From the IMG/VR virus record IMGVR_UViG_3300023174_003901, positions 1 through 64,000 of that record: DNA of 64,000 nt. One strand, given 5' to 3'. Shown here piece after piece: positions 43,984-55,500 of this stretch. This DNA is from a virus (lineage: Duplodnaviria; Caudoviricetes). Numbering within the stretch: position 1 is the stretch's first letter; the number at the start of each line of letters is the position of its first letter. The notes beneath the pieces were generated by a model. The model was not told the DNA's origin and did no database searches. It saw nothing but the letters and a program-made list of their open reading frames with translations. The position numbers and the translations under genes were made by a program.

Positions 43984-45653
43984 TGGCTGATGTAGTTTTT
44001 GCTGAAAATGGTGGCGGTGCGGCATTTGGTAATCCTAGTATTACCAGGCAAGGTCGTGCCGGTGGTGCCACACAAGTGGCCTCTACTGCTACTACTGCCC
44101 CGCCCAATGCCAGCGCGGCACCAAAACCTTCTACACCTACTGTGGGCACCGGACTTGTGGCAGCCCTGAACAATTTTCAATTAAACTTATTGAAGGGTGG
44201 ACAGATTGAGATTGCTGACATTTATGAAATTCAATTTCCTGATGTACGTTTTGGTAAAATTATTTCTGATGCATCAATTGTACCCCCAGGCGGTCTTGAC
44301 AAGGGACTGGCTGTTGGTGCCGCAGGCGGCTCTGCCGCTGATAAACTTTTGCCTAACAAGCAAAGTATGGATCCAAAATCTCGGGCTCGGGCAGCCAGTG
44401 CAGGACAACAGATTGTGCAATTTATTGACCAGGTCATAAGAAGTAGCAGTTACATACAAGATCAATCTGGAGAAATTTGGAATCAATCAATTGGCAAATG
44501 GGAAAAGTCCACTGCAAGAGCACAACAGTTTGCTTGGTTTCAAGTGCTTTGTAATATAGACATACTGGGATATGATTACAAAAGAAAAGATCATGCCTAT
44601 CGCATGGTGTTTACTGTTGTACCTTTTGAAACTCCTATGTTGAGCACCTACTTCCCATCAGGCAAATACAGAGGAGTTCACAAGTCATATCGATACTGGT
44701 TCACAGGCGAAAACAATTCAATTATAAGTTTTGAACAGTCATTTAACAATCAATGGACACAGGCCATTACAGGAACCACCTCACCAGACACGCGAGTACA
44801 AAAAGCCAATTTCCAAGCCAATCCAAATTATCAAGAAACTTGGAAAACCAATGTGTTTCCTGCCAGTGGTCAAAGTAATCAAGGTGGCGACAAATATACC
44901 AATGAGCCAGGTGCCAACGCCGCAGATTTTTTGTACACTGCGGACCTGGCCACAGCAAAAATAACCATAGTGGGAGATCCTGCATGGTTACCTAGTCCAT
45001 TGACAGATTATGTGTCCCCAGAAATGTTTACAACATCACCTTTCCTGGCTGACGGAACCATTAACTCAGTAGCAAGTGGAGCATATTTTCAAATTACATT
45101 CAACACCCCGGCTGATTACAATTTACAAACAGGATTAATAGATCCTTCTACTGCACCTAGTGGCACTGGTAATAGTAACACAGTGTCAACTGTATATGTC
45201 GCAACCAAAGCAACACATATATTTAAAAGTGGTAAATTTACCCAAGAACTCGAAGGTGCTTGGGTCACATACGATGCAAGTGTACAAACCAGCGCATCGT
45301 CTTCTGCATCTTCTGCTGTTCGAGAAACAAAAACCCCAATTGACAAGGCGTCTCGACAACGACAACAGCAACAGGAAACACAAAATCGAGCAGTTGGATC
45401 TCAGCAAACAAGTTTGGGCAAAGGCGTACAACAAATTCTACATCCTGTTGACGTGCCGCCCACTGCCAGTGATGCTGAGTTACGTGGATCACCTGCTTAT
45501 ATTGAAGCCCGCAAGGCAGGCAAGATTGATGCGCAAGCATTAGAGATTGCAAGAGCCGCGTCGGCTGCTGGTACAAACAATAATCAGGGCACCGCACTTC
45601 CTGGCATACGTACAGGACCACAGAGAATAGTTAAAGATGGTAATCCCGGATAA
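43983..45653 (+). CDS. Putative baseplate hub protein (gp27-like), C-terminal part
   Basis: GVHKSYRYWFTGEN, AKITIVGDPAWL, FQITFNTPADY and VYVATKATHIFKSGKFTQELEG motifs typical of hub C-termini. AGGAGG SD. Confidence 0.6.
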   Translation: MADVVFAENGGGAAFGNPSITRQGRAGGATQVASTATTAPPNASAAPKPSTPTVGTGLVAALNNFQLNLLKGGQIEIADIYEIQFPDVRFGKIISDASIVPPGGLDKGLAVGAAGGSAADKLLPNKQSMDPKSRARAASAGQQIVQFIDQVIRSSSYIQDQSGEIWNQSIGKWEKSTARAQQFAWFQVLCNIDILGYDYKRKDHAYRMVFTVVPFETPMLSTYFPSGKYRGVHKSYRYWFTGENNSIISFEQSFNNQWTQAITGTTSPDTRVQKANFQANPNYQETWKTNVFPASGQSNQGGDKYTNEPGANAADFLYTADLATAKITIVGDPAWLPSPLTDYVSPEMFTTSPFLADGTINSVASGAYFQITFNTPADYNLQTGLIDPSTAPSGTGNSNTVSTVYVATKATHIFKSGKFTQELEGAWVTYDASVQTSASSSASSAVRETKTPIDKASRQRQQQQETQNRAVGSQQTSLGKGVQQILHPVDVPPTASDAELRGSPAYIEARKAGKIDAQALEIARAASAAGTNNNQGTALPGIRTGPQRIVKDGNPG

Positions 45654-45662
45654 GGAAAAGCA

Positions 45663-47174
45663 ATGGCAGAAAATCTAGAGCGAAGTTCAGGAAGAGCAGA
45701 AAATTTTAAATTTGATCGCGGCGGCCAAATTGCCGACGTGGGTCCGTTTGTGGGCGTGGTCAAAAACAATGTGGACAGCATTCGATCTGGTAGACTATGG
45801 GTATACATTGAGCAGTTCAGCGGAGACAATCCAGAAGACAATGCCAGCGGCTGGCGCCTGGTCAACTACTTGCCTCCTTTCTACGGTGTTACAGAAAAAA
45901 CCAGTACCAGTGTGGGCACAGGAACCTATCCAGGCAATCAACAAAGTTATGGCATGTGGTTTACTCCCCCAGACATTGGCACACGAGTGCTGTGTTTCTT
46001 TGTGAATGGTGATCCTAACCTTGGCTACTACCTAGGGTGTATACCAGACCCTGGTGTGAATCGCATGATTCCAGCCATTGGTGCTGTTCCTAAAAGTCAA
46101 TATGTTCCTGGCAACAAAGCACAGACTGCTTATTTTGCAAACTCACCACAATTGCCAGTGACCGAAATCAACAATGAAAACGAACAGATTGATAAAAATC
46201 CCAAGTTCTATGAGCAACCTAAACCAGTTCATTCAGTACAGGCCGCAATATATTTTCAGCAAGGGTTAAACAACGATCCTGAACGTGGTCCCATTGGATC
46301 AAGCGCACAACGAGAAAGCCCTAGCACGGTTTATGGTATATCAACTCCAGGAACACCCATTTATGCTGGTGGTCAAGATCCCAACACAATTCGTAAACAA
46401 CTGAGCGAAGGCGGAGTGAGAGATGCTGACGTTCAAGTGATCGGTCGCTATGGTGGCCACACTCTGGTCATGGACGACGGCGACCTTGATGGCAACAATG
46501 CGTTGTTCCGCATGAGATCGGCCAAAGGTCATCAGGTCATGATGAACGACTCAGCAGACTTTATCTACATTGCTCATGCCAATGGTCAAACCTGGATTGA
46601 ACTAGGAGTTGAAGGCACAGTGGATGTGTATTCCACAAACAGTGTAAACGTTCGCACAGAAGGCACAATTAACTTACACGCTGACAAAGACATCAACATG
46701 TATGCTGGAGGCAACATCAGTATGAAGAGTGGCGCGGCCACCAACATTGGTGCAGTGACCACAATGAATCTAGCCGCTGAAGCAGGCATGACCTTATACA
46801 GCACAGCCGCTCTAGGAGTTCGCAGTGATGGTAGTTTGAGTCTGCAAGGTGCAACCAGTTCCTGGCAAGGCGGAACAAAACTAGCACTCAAGGCAGGACG
46901 TATTGATCTCAACGGTGGGTCAGCCAAAACGGTAACACCTCCTAAACTGTATCCCAAGCGTACTCTTGATGATACTACTTTTAACAACAGCACAGGTTGG
47001 CAAGTTAAAACAGGTGCTCTAGAAAGTATTGTCACCCGGGCACCCACACATGAGCCCTATCGATATCACAACCAAGGGGTGAGTGTGGTAGTAGATTTTG
47101 TTGATGGACAGCCTACACCACCGCCCACGGCCGAACCTGTGCCCGCAGGATGGAATTTTCAAGTCAAGTCATGA
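45663..47174 (+). CDS. gp5: Baseplate central spike (gp5/VgrG-like OB fold plus beta-helix), lacking a lysozyme domain
   Basis: FVGVVKNNVDSIRSGRLWVYI, YGMWFTPPDIGTRVLCFFVNGD, GHTLVMDDG, SAKGHQVMMND and GTVDVYSTNSVNVRTEGTINLHADKDINM repeats. Confidence 0.8.
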   Translation: MAENLERSSGRAENFKFDRGGQIADVGPFVGVVKNNVDSIRSGRLWVYIEQFSGDNPEDNASGWRLVNYLPPFYGVTEKTSTSVGTGTYPGNQQSYGMWFTPPDIGTRVLCFFVNGDPNLGYYLGCIPDPGVNRMIPAIGAVPKSQYVPGNKAQTAYFANSPQLPVTEINNENEQIDKNPKFYEQPKPVHSVQAAIYFQQGLNNDPERGPIGSSAQRESPSTVYGISTPGTPIYAGGQDPNTIRKQLSEGGVRDADVQVIGRYGGHTLVMDDGDLDGNNALFRMRSAKGHQVMMNDSADFIYIAHANGQTWIELGVEGTVDVYSTNSVNVRTEGTINLHADKDINMYAGGNISMKSGAATNIGAVTTMNLAAEAGMTLYSTAALGVRSDGSLSLQGATSSWQGGTKLALKAGRIDLNGGSAKTVTPPKLYPKRTLDDTTFNNSTGWQVKTGALESIVTRAPTHEPYRYHNQGVSVVVDFVDGQPTPPPTAEPVPAGWNFQVKS

Positions 47175-48625
47175 ACGTTTTTAAGTTTATTACCCCAACA
47201 GGTCAACAAGTTGAATTGACAGGACCAGCCGGGTCCACCTACGATCAAGCCCTGGCTGTTTTTAATCAACAATCAGCGACTGGTAGCCTAACAGGACTAC
47301 GAGCCGGTGATGTGTTGAACAGTTTAATACAGGCCAAAGGTGGTCTTGCTACAGCCTTGAGTCAAGTTACAGGATCGATCACCCCCGGCACGCTGTCACA
47401 AATTGCTGGGGCTGTAACAAAAATACCAAATTTGCCAGCATTGAATCCCACTACAATATCAACTTTTGTTAACACGCCAGTACTGGCAGGCAGTACAGTA
47501 GGTCCACTATCAACAACACAAGTACAAGGATTACTTTCGTCTACTGCCGCTTCAGTGAATCAGCCGGCTACAGAAATTACCAACGAAAAAGGTCTGGGCA
47601 CATACGGACTCACACCAGACCAATTGCAACAGGCAGGCTTAATCAAGCCCGGCACAGCAGAATTGATCAATCAAGACCCTGCAACCTTGGTCAGCACTCT
47701 CAGTAGTCCCACAGTATGGACTGGAGTAGGTGGTGCAGACAGTCTGGATTCTGTACTAGCAAATCCAGTCCTACAAAGTGCGGCGCAACAAAGCACATTA
47801 GCAACCAGTTACAACAACCTATCTGATTTAGGAATTGTATCTACCACTACAAATAACCTACTGAGTTCCAACACAGATCTGGGTGCAGTGGTCAACAATG
47901 CGGCCAACTATGGTGTTAGTGCTACTACTGCCTGGTTAAACAACACAGTGGGCGGTAGTGAAATTGGTCAATTGACCACATCTGCTATTCAATCTGTGTT
48001 TGGTATAAATTTTAGCACAGTGAACCAATCTGTCAGCGGCGGAGGTAATCCTTTACAAACAGGTGTTCAAACTCCTAGAGGATTTTCCAACACAGTGAAT
48101 CGTTCAGTGATAGATGCTAGTTTTAACAGTATTATTGGCAACAACAAAATCCCCAGAAATATATTTGCCAATCCCAGTTTGGGAATTGACATACGAACAC
48201 AGGCTACCCAACTCAGCACAATCAATCAATCAGCATCAATACTACTCACACAGTTGGCATCAACTGCTGCCGGTGTTGCCGCGTTGTCTCAAATACCAGG
48301 AGCAGATAATATCCTGAGTCTGCTCAAATCAGGTCAGGGACTTGTGAGTGAAATAAAAGGTGCCGCCAACTTGCTTGATCAAGCAAAAAACTTACCCGGT
48401 GTTGGTGCACTGTTAAAAGATGTACCTGGATCAGGAGAAGTGTTAGCAGGCCTCCAGCAGTACGGAACAGCAATATTCACAGAAGGACTCGATGCGTTAG
48501 GTTTGGATGTTACATCAATCACAAACTTTGATGTTTCGGAGTTGCTGGGAGGTGCAGATCAAGTGATAGAAATTGCACAAGAGTATGCCGCTGAGGCCTT
48601 TGAGTTTATTAGTAGTTTCTGGTAA
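47171..48625 (+). CDS. Hypothetical virion/baseplate protein (484 aa)
   Basis: ATGA overlap with the gp5-like gene. The GLGTYGLTPDQLQQAGLIKPG segment loosely recalls lysozyme-like folds. The start is moved from 47150. Confidence 0.65.
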   Translation: MNVFKFITPTGQQVELTGPAGSTYDQALAVFNQQSATGSLTGLRAGDVLNSLIQAKGGLATALSQVTGSITPGTLSQIAGAVTKIPNLPALNPTTISTFVNTPVLAGSTVGPLSTTQVQGLLSSTAASVNQPATEITNEKGLGTYGLTPDQLQQAGLIKPGTAELINQDPATLVSTLSSPTVWTGVGGADSLDSVLANPVLQSAAQQSTLATSYNNLSDLGIVSTTTNNLLSSNTDLGAVVNNAANYGVSATTAWLNNTVGGSEIGQLTTSAIQSVFGINFSTVNQSVSGGGNPLQTGVQTPRGFSNTVNRSVIDASFNSIIGNNKIPRNIFANPSLGIDIRTQATQLSTINQSASILLTQLASTAAGVAALSQIPGADNILSLLKSGQGLVSEIKGAANLLDQAKNLPGVGALLKDVPGSGEVLAGLQQYGTAIFTEGLDALGLDVTSITNFDVSELLGGADQVIEIAQEYAAEAFEFISSFW

Positions 48626-48634
48626 TTTAGGAAC

Positions 48635-48641
48635 ATAAATA
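48635..48641 (+). promoter_or_regulatory. Late promoter ATAAATA, 5 nt before the gp25 ATG
   Basis: CATAAATACTTGTATG. Confidence 0.7.
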
Positions 48642-48646
48642 CTTGT

Positions 48647-49021
48647 ATGGCCACATTTATCGGTTATAGCACCATCAATCAATACAAGAAATTTACTCTC
48701 ACTGACGGTGAATTAGTCAAACGTGATCTTCTCAATGCCTTTAATATTCGTCAAGGCTCTTTGCCTGGGCGACCTGACTACGGATCTACGTTGCTGGACT
48801 ATATTTTTGAAAATCAAGACACAACCACAGAACGTGCCATCATAGCAGAAATACAACGAATTGCCGCTGGCGATCCAAGAATTTACATTAGTGATTTGAA
48901 CTTTTATCCTCAAGAAAACGGAGTCTTGATAGAATTGCAAGTGCAGATTGTTCCAGGTACTAACACTGAACAATTGAGCATATTTTTTGACCAAGCAACA
49001 AGACAAGCCGGCTTTGTATAA
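48647..49021 (+). CDS. gp25: Baseplate wedge subunit gp25-like
   Basis: LVKRDLLNAFNIRQGSLPGRPDYGSTLLDYIFE...IQRIAAGDPRI. Confidence 0.88.
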   Translation: MATFIGYSTINQYKKFTLTDGELVKRDLLNAFNIRQGSLPGRPDYGSTLLDYIFENQDTTTERAIIAEIQRIAAGDPRIYISDLNFYPQENGVLIELQVQIVPGTNTEQLSIFFDQATRQAGFV

Positions 49022-49064
49022 CTACGCCGTTTATTTTTGCAATAAATAAAAGAAACGGACTACT

Positions 49065-52000
49065 ATGGCACGAACTACTAGACAAACAGTTGTATTTGGC
49101 GTTGAAGATTGGAAAAGAATCTATCAAACCTATCGCGAAGCAGACTTCCAAAGTTATGACTTTGAGACCCTGCGCAAGAGTTTTGTAGACTACATACGTC
49201 AATACTATCCTGAAAGTTTCAATGACTACATTGAAAGTTCAGAATTTATTGCCATGCTAGATGTGATTGCATTCATGGGTCAAGCCATGAGTTTCCGCAA
49301 TGATTTAAACACCAGAGAGAACTATCTAGGCACAGCCGAACGCAGAGACAGCGTGGTCAAACTGGCCGAACTGGTCAGTTACACTCCCAAACGCAACCAG
49401 GCCGCACAAGGGTATCTCAAAGTATTCAGCGCACAAACTACAGAAAACGTCACTGACTTTAATGGCGTTAATCTAGCCAACGTTACCATAAACTGGAATG
49501 ATCCTACCAACTTCAATTGGGTTGAGCAGTTTACCGCTATTCTCAATGCAGCCTTGGTCAACACACAACGTGTGGGTCGTCCAGGCGCTAAACAAACTGT
49601 TGTAGGAGTTGATACATCCGAATACAGTATCAATCTTGTGCCAGGATTTTTGCCAGTGATTCCTTACACTGCCACTGTAGATGGCATCAACATGCCATTT
49701 GAGGCAGTGAACTCAACATCTGTAGGTCGTGATTATGTGTATGAGCCTAGTCCTTTACCCAACGGCATTTTTAATGTGCTGTTCCGTAATGATCAACTGG
49801 GTTTTGCCAGTGCCAACACCGGTTACTTTTTTTACTTCAAACAAGGTGTATTACAAAGTCAAGATTTTAATCTTGGCGAGCGCATTGCCAATCGCACAGT
49901 CAACATCAATATTGAAGGAGTCAACAACGAAGACCGTTGGTTGTATCAGTTAGACACTGTGGGCAATGTACAATACGAATGGCAGTATGTACAAAGTGTG
50001 TATGCCGCTGCCACAGAACAACTAGCCCCTGATCAAAGAAAACTATTTTCAGTAGTCAGTAGAACCAATGACCAAATTACGCTGACCTTTGGTGATGGTG
50101 TATTCAGCACTATACCAGTGGGAACGTTCCGTGCTTATGTTCGCGCTTCAAATGGATTACAGTATATTATCAATCCTGAAGAAATGCAAAGTGTGATCAT
50201 ACCTATCAGTTATGTAAGCCGCACTGGACAACTTGAAACAATCACATTCACCTGTGGTATCACACAACCTGTGTCAAATGCACAGCCTCGAGAAACCATT
50301 GACGAAATCAAACAACGTGCTCCTGCTAGATACTACACACAGAACCGCATGGTCAACGGCGAAGACTATGTTAATTTTCCCTTCACACTTTACAATTCTA
50401 TTATCAAGAGTAATGCAGTAAATCGTGCCAGTATCGGAACGTCAAGATATCTTGAGTTAGTGGACAACACCGGCAAATACTCAAGTACCAATACTTTTGG
50501 CAGCGATGGTGCCTTATGGGAAGAAAATCAATTGCCAACTTTTGATTTCACCTGGCTAACACGCAACGACATTGCCACTGTGATTACCAACAATGTTCAA
50601 CCTTTACTGGCCTCCACTGGGTTGAATCAATTCTATTATGCAAACTTTCCAAGACCTGATCTTGTTGTACTGAATTTTACCTGGAATCAAAGCACAACGT
50701 TGGCCAACGAAACCACAGGTTATTTTGTAAATGCATCAGGAAACCCTGCAGCCATCGGAACCTACAGTAGCACTGTTAGCAAATACATACAAATTGGATC
50801 TTTGGTGCAATTTGTTCCTCCTGCTGGTTACTACTTTGACAGCAACAATCGACTCAAATTAGGAACACCTTCACAAGACAATGACAAGTTGGTCATCTGG
50901 GCCAGCCCCATGGCAATTGTGACAGACGGAACCAATCAAGGTCAAGGCAACTTTAGCAACGGCACAGGTCCAGTTACACTCAACAACTTTGTGCCCACAG
51001 GTGCTATTCCTGTTGCAGTTATTCCGCTGTTTGTGACCAACTTGCCTAACACCGTAGTCACCAGTATTACTGATCAAATTTTATTGTATCGCAATTTTGG
51101 CCTGGGCTACGACAACGAAACTGCTACCTGGTATGTAATTACCAGCACCAATTTAGCAGTAGATGCACCGTTCAGTTTGGCCAATGCACAAAACACATCA
51201 GGAACCAATCAGGATGCTAGTTGGCTAATTGAGTTTGTGACCAATGGAAGCACGTACACAGTGACTAGCCGGGCGCTGTTTTATTTGTTTGGCTCAGTGC
51301 TACAAACTAGATTCTTCTTTGAAACTGATCAACGCATCTATGACAGCCGCACAGGCACAGTAATTGCTGACTTTGTGAATGTATTAAAAACCAATTCTAG
51401 ACCTGATGTAAATATTCCTTTGCCTGGTGATATAAAAATGGCCATTGTCGGCCAACCAGTAGAAAGCGATGGTTATGTTGATGACTATCAGGTGTTTGTG
51501 AGTTATCAAGACTCAGACAATGACGGAGTACCCGATGATCCAGATTTCTTTGATGAAATTGTAGCCCCTAGCGTGAACCCTAGTACCAAGTGGGTTTTCT
51601 TTGAAAAGACCGTGGACTTTGACAATCTACAACGCTATCTTTTGGTTGACCCTGGGCGGGTAAATTCTGAATATGCTACCAAAGATGATGTTGAAGCGGT
51701 ACTGTTGCAGTTTGTACCTGGACAGATATTTTATGCATACGATCAGGTCATAACAGTTGGACCATTGGCCGGCCAAACAGGTGCCTTCTATGAACTAGTT
51801 ATCAGTGGAACAGGTGTGCGTAGCCTGGTTGAAGCGTCAGGCGACTGGCTGGCAAGAGTTGGCCGACAGAGCCTATATTATCAATACAGACACAATGCCG
51901 CATTGACCAGTAGAATTGATCCAGGTACCACCAATATCATTGATGTGTATGTGGTCAATCAAGCCTACTATACTGCCTATCAAAATTGGTTAAGAGATGT

Positions 52001-52505
52001 CACAAACACGGTACCCAAGCCCGCAGTTCCTACCATAGATGAACTTAGCACAGCATATCAAGGACTCAATGACTACAAAATGATCAGCGACAACGTGGTT
52101 GTAAACAGCGTGGTTTTCAAGCCATTGTTTGGACCCAAAGCAGCCAAAGAGTTGCAGGCCACCATCAAGGTCATCCGTGCCGCAGATAGCACTGCCAGCG
52201 AAAGCGAAATAAGAAATCTAGTGGTTGCAAATTTAAACGATTATTTTAGCATTGACAAGTGGGAATTTGGACAGACATTTTACTTCTCAGAATTGGCAGC
52301 ATATATCCACTCTAATATGGGCGGCGTGGTAAGTTCAGTGGTACTGGTGCCACTAGACCCATTAAAAAGTTTTGGTGATTTGTATGAAATACGCAGTGCC
52401 CCTAGTGAAATATTTGTCAACGGCGCCGGAGTCACCAGTGTGGAAGTAATTACTGCATTGACCAGTACCAATATTAGAACTGCATCCGGCAGTGGAGTAA
52501 TTTAA
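49065..52505 (+). CDS. gp6: Baseplate wedge subunit gp6-like (1146 aa)
   Basis: ADFQSYDFETLRK...DYIESSEFIAMLDVIAF...RENYLGTAERRDSV, LTFGDGVF, ETIDEIKQRAP..YYTQNRMVNGEDY, and C-terminal WEFGQTFYFSEL. ATAAATA at 49042-49048. Confidence 0.9.
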   Translation: MARTTRQTVVFGVEDWKRIYQTYREADFQSYDFETLRKSFVDYIRQYYPESFNDYIESSEFIAMLDVIAFMGQAMSFRNDLNTRENYLGTAERRDSVVKLAELVSYTPKRNQAAQGYLKVFSAQTTENVTDFNGVNLANVTINWNDPTNFNWVEQFTAILNAALVNTQRVGRPGAKQTVVGVDTSEYSINLVPGFLPVIPYTATVDGINMPFEAVNSTSVGRDYVYEPSPLPNGIFNVLFRNDQLGFASANTGYFFYFKQGVLQSQDFNLGERIANRTVNINIEGVNNEDRWLYQLDTVGNVQYEWQYVQSVYAAATEQLAPDQRKLFSVVSRTNDQITLTFGDGVFSTIPVGTFRAYVRASNGLQYIINPEEMQSVIIPISYVSRTGQLETITFTCGITQPVSNAQPRETIDEIKQRAPARYYTQNRMVNGEDYVNFPFTLYNSIIKSNAVNRASIGTSRYLELVDNTGKYSSTNTFGSDGALWEENQLPTFDFTWLTRNDIATVITNNVQPLLASTGLNQFYYANFPRPDLVVLNFTWNQSTTLANETTGYFVNASGNPAAIGTYSSTVSKYIQIGSLVQFVPPAGYYFDSNNRLKLGTPSQDNDKLVIWASPMAIVTDGTNQGQGNFSNGTGPVTLNNFVPTGAIPVAVIPLFVTNLPNTVVTSITDQILLYRNFGLGYDNETATWYVITSTNLAVDAPFSLANAQNTSGTNQDASWLIEFVTNGSTYTVTSRALFYLFGSVLQTRFFFETDQRIYDSRTGTVIADFVNVLKTNSRPDVNIPLPGDIKMAIVGQPVESDGYVDDYQVFVSYQDSDNDGVPDDPDFFDEIVAPSVNPSTKWVFFEKTVDFDNLQRYLLVDPGRVNSEYATKDDVEAVLLQFVPGQIFYAYDQVITVGPLAGQTGAFYELVISGTGVRSLVEASGDWLARVGRQSLYYQYRHNAALTSRIDPGTTNIIDVYVVNQAYYTAYQNWLRDVTNTVPKPAVPTIDELSTAYQGLNDYKMISDNVVVNSVVFKPLFGPKAAKELQATIKVIRAADSTASESEIRNLVVANLNDYFSIDKWEFGQTFYFSELAAYIHSNMGGVVSSVVLVPLDPLKSFGDLYEIRSAPSEIFVNGAGVTSVEVITALTSTNIRTASGSGVI

Positions 52506-55500
52506 TGGCTATACGCACCGTTGATTTTTTACCTGATATATTTCAGACTACTCCTAACAAACAATTTTTAAATGCCACACTAGACCAATTGGTTCAGGAA
52601 CCTGCATTTAAGAAAACACAAGGTTATATAGGACGCCGAGTTGGTCCTGGAGTTAACCCCAATGACTACTATGTGTTAGAGCCCGATGCTACCAGAGCCA
52701 ACTATCAGTTGGAACCTGGGGTTATCAGCCTCAAGCCAGACACTGAAGAGATACAAGATGCTATCACATACCCTGGTATCACAGACGCCTTGGCTGTTCA
52801 AGGTGCCAACACTACCAAGAGTGATAGACTGTATACCAGTGAATACTACACCTGGGATCCGTTTGTTAGTTTTGACAAATTTGTAAATTACAGTCAGTAT
52901 TACTGGTTGCCAGCAGGCCCAGATGCTGTGGATGTTTATGCTACTGCAATACCTTTAACTGACAACTTTGCAGTTACTCGTACTAGCACAGCCTATGAGT
53001 TCAGTGGAGTACCCGGCAATAATCCGGTGATAACCTTGGTGCGTGGTGGTAACTATACATTTGAATTAAGTCAAACAGGCAACAACTTTTGGATACAAAC
53101 AGATCCAGGAGCAAATGGTCAATTACCTTATGCTCCTAACATCAGCAGTAGAGATGTACTAGGGGTAATCAACAACGGTGAAGATCTTGGCACAGTGAGT
53201 TTTTATGTGCCGTTCAAGAACGCACAACAATTCTACTATGATTTAACCAGCATCGGCAACGTAGACTTGTTGAGTGAGTTGAGTTACGATCAACTGAATG
53301 GAGTTTACCTTAGTGATATAATTGCTGACTACGGTGGCATAGATGGAATTACCAATCTCAACAACAAGACTTTGGTATTCACAACTTCCCCCTCTTTCCC
53401 AACCAACAACCTTTGGCAGATACAATACACTTATGATATAGACGGTTTGCCAATTGTTAACTTGGCACCTATTGCTACCATAAACACACTGACCAAATTT
53501 AATATTTTATTTGGTACCAAGTGGGCCAGTACAACATGGTATAATGACGCAAGCAGTGTGATCGTTGAAGTTCCTTTGTTGACTGCTATTAAAGATGTGC
53601 TATGGTATCAGGATGGAACCAATCCAGATATCTTTGGTCAGATTAGACTGATTGATCAAGCAGACAGTTCTACCATCAATGTTGTTACTGACATTTTAGG
53701 CAAGCAAAACTACACTAGTCCTAACGGTGTGGTGTTTACCAACAACCTCAAAGTGCAGTTTCTTGCACCAGTGGTACCAACCAGTTATGCCAATCAATCA
53801 TATTATGTGGCTGGGGTAGGCACGGCTATACAACTGTTATCTGTGACCAATTATGTCACTCCGGAAACCTATACTCAAAGTGCCACAGTACCATTTGATT
53901 CAACACCATTTGATGTGGGCAACTTTGATTCCAGCCTAAATCAACCATTAATACCTGACTACTTGACCATGGCGTTGGACTCACCAGATCTCAATGCCTG
54001 GAGCCGTAGTAATCGTTGGTTCCATATTGATGTAATCAATGCGTCAGCCACCTACAACAACACCACGCCAGTTCTGGACAATGCATTCAGAGCACGTCGT
54101 CCTATTCTGGAATTCCGCGGTGGTACCAGACTGTATGAAATGGGCACACAAGGCAAACAGCCAGTGGACATCATTGACTTTGTGACCACCGATGCCTTCA
54201 GTACCATTAATGGAACCGTGGGCTACGGAGTAGATGGATACACCTTCATTGCTGGAACCAGAGTTATTTTTGCTCGCGATACAGACCCAGATGTGAGAGA
54301 TAAAATTTATGTGGTTGAGTTTGTGACACTCAGCGACGATGGTAGTTCATTCTTGGAACCTGTTATCAATCTAGTGCCTGCGTCAGACGCTGATGTATTT
54401 GTTGACCAAACAGTGGTCTGTCTCAGCGGTACTACACTGCAAGGCATAAGTTTTTACTATGACGGAATACAATGGATTCGAGCACAGCAAAAGACCAGTA
54501 CAAACCAAGCACCGTTGTTTGATGTTTATGATAGCAATGGTTATAGTCTCAGCAACCCAGTGGCATATCCCAGTAGCACATTTGCAGGATCCAAGTTATT
54601 CAGTTATGCACTTGGTCCTGGCCTAGATGACACCGTGTTGGGATTTCCATTAAGGTATCTCAGCATCAACAATATTGGCGACATTGTATTTGATAACAAT
54701 CTCTATGCAGACACTTTCCTCTATGTCAAAGACAATGTGAGTCTTACAAAAAATATCAGCATAGGCTTTGTGAGACAATATGCCGATCGCACAATATATC
54801 AAAGAGAAATTGGTTGGCAAACAGCCGCAGTCAAGAGCAAGATCTATCAACAGTTTAGTTTTGTATATGCAGAGAATACTCCGTTGTTGTTGGATGTGGC
54901 AGCCCTGCCGGTGGATACTGTGCCCTCAGTCAAAGTTTATATAGATAGTACCTTTCAGGATCCGGGTACATATACCTATGTCACAACTAGCAATACCACA
55001 ACCATAACATTCCCTAGCACCACTGTTATTGTGCCTGGACAGATAATTGAAGTTTTGGTCTTGAGTGATCAAGCCAGTGCCGTGGCGTTTTATCAAGTGC
55101 CAATCAATCTTGAAAACAATCCGCTAAATCAAAATGCCGACAATCTTACGCTGGGTACTATTAGAAGTCATTATGACACTATTGGTCAAAACCTTGTTGG
55201 ACTTACGGGCAAGATTAATGGGGCCAACAACAGTCGAGACCTTGGTAATATCATACCGTTTGGATTGAATATACTGCAACAAAGTTCTCCAATGACCTTG
55301 GCTGGATATTTCTTGCGTAGTCCCAATTATAACATTTTTGCCAGTCTTGAATACAACTCTAGAGAGTACGAAAAATACAAAGCACAGTTGTTGAACACAG
55401 CAATCAGCAATGACTATGTGAATATGACTGTGCCTGAAATACTAACAGCAGTCATAACAGATCTCATTGCTGGACGCACAAGTTCAAATCCTTTCTACTG

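Noticed and set aside
19448-47170. Upstream start extensions in the ORF track (19448, 21363, 25704, 29633, 37581, 39925, 47150)
   Set aside because: They overlap neighbouring genes or promoter motifs. The downstream ATGs fit promoter spacing, SD or ATGA coupling.
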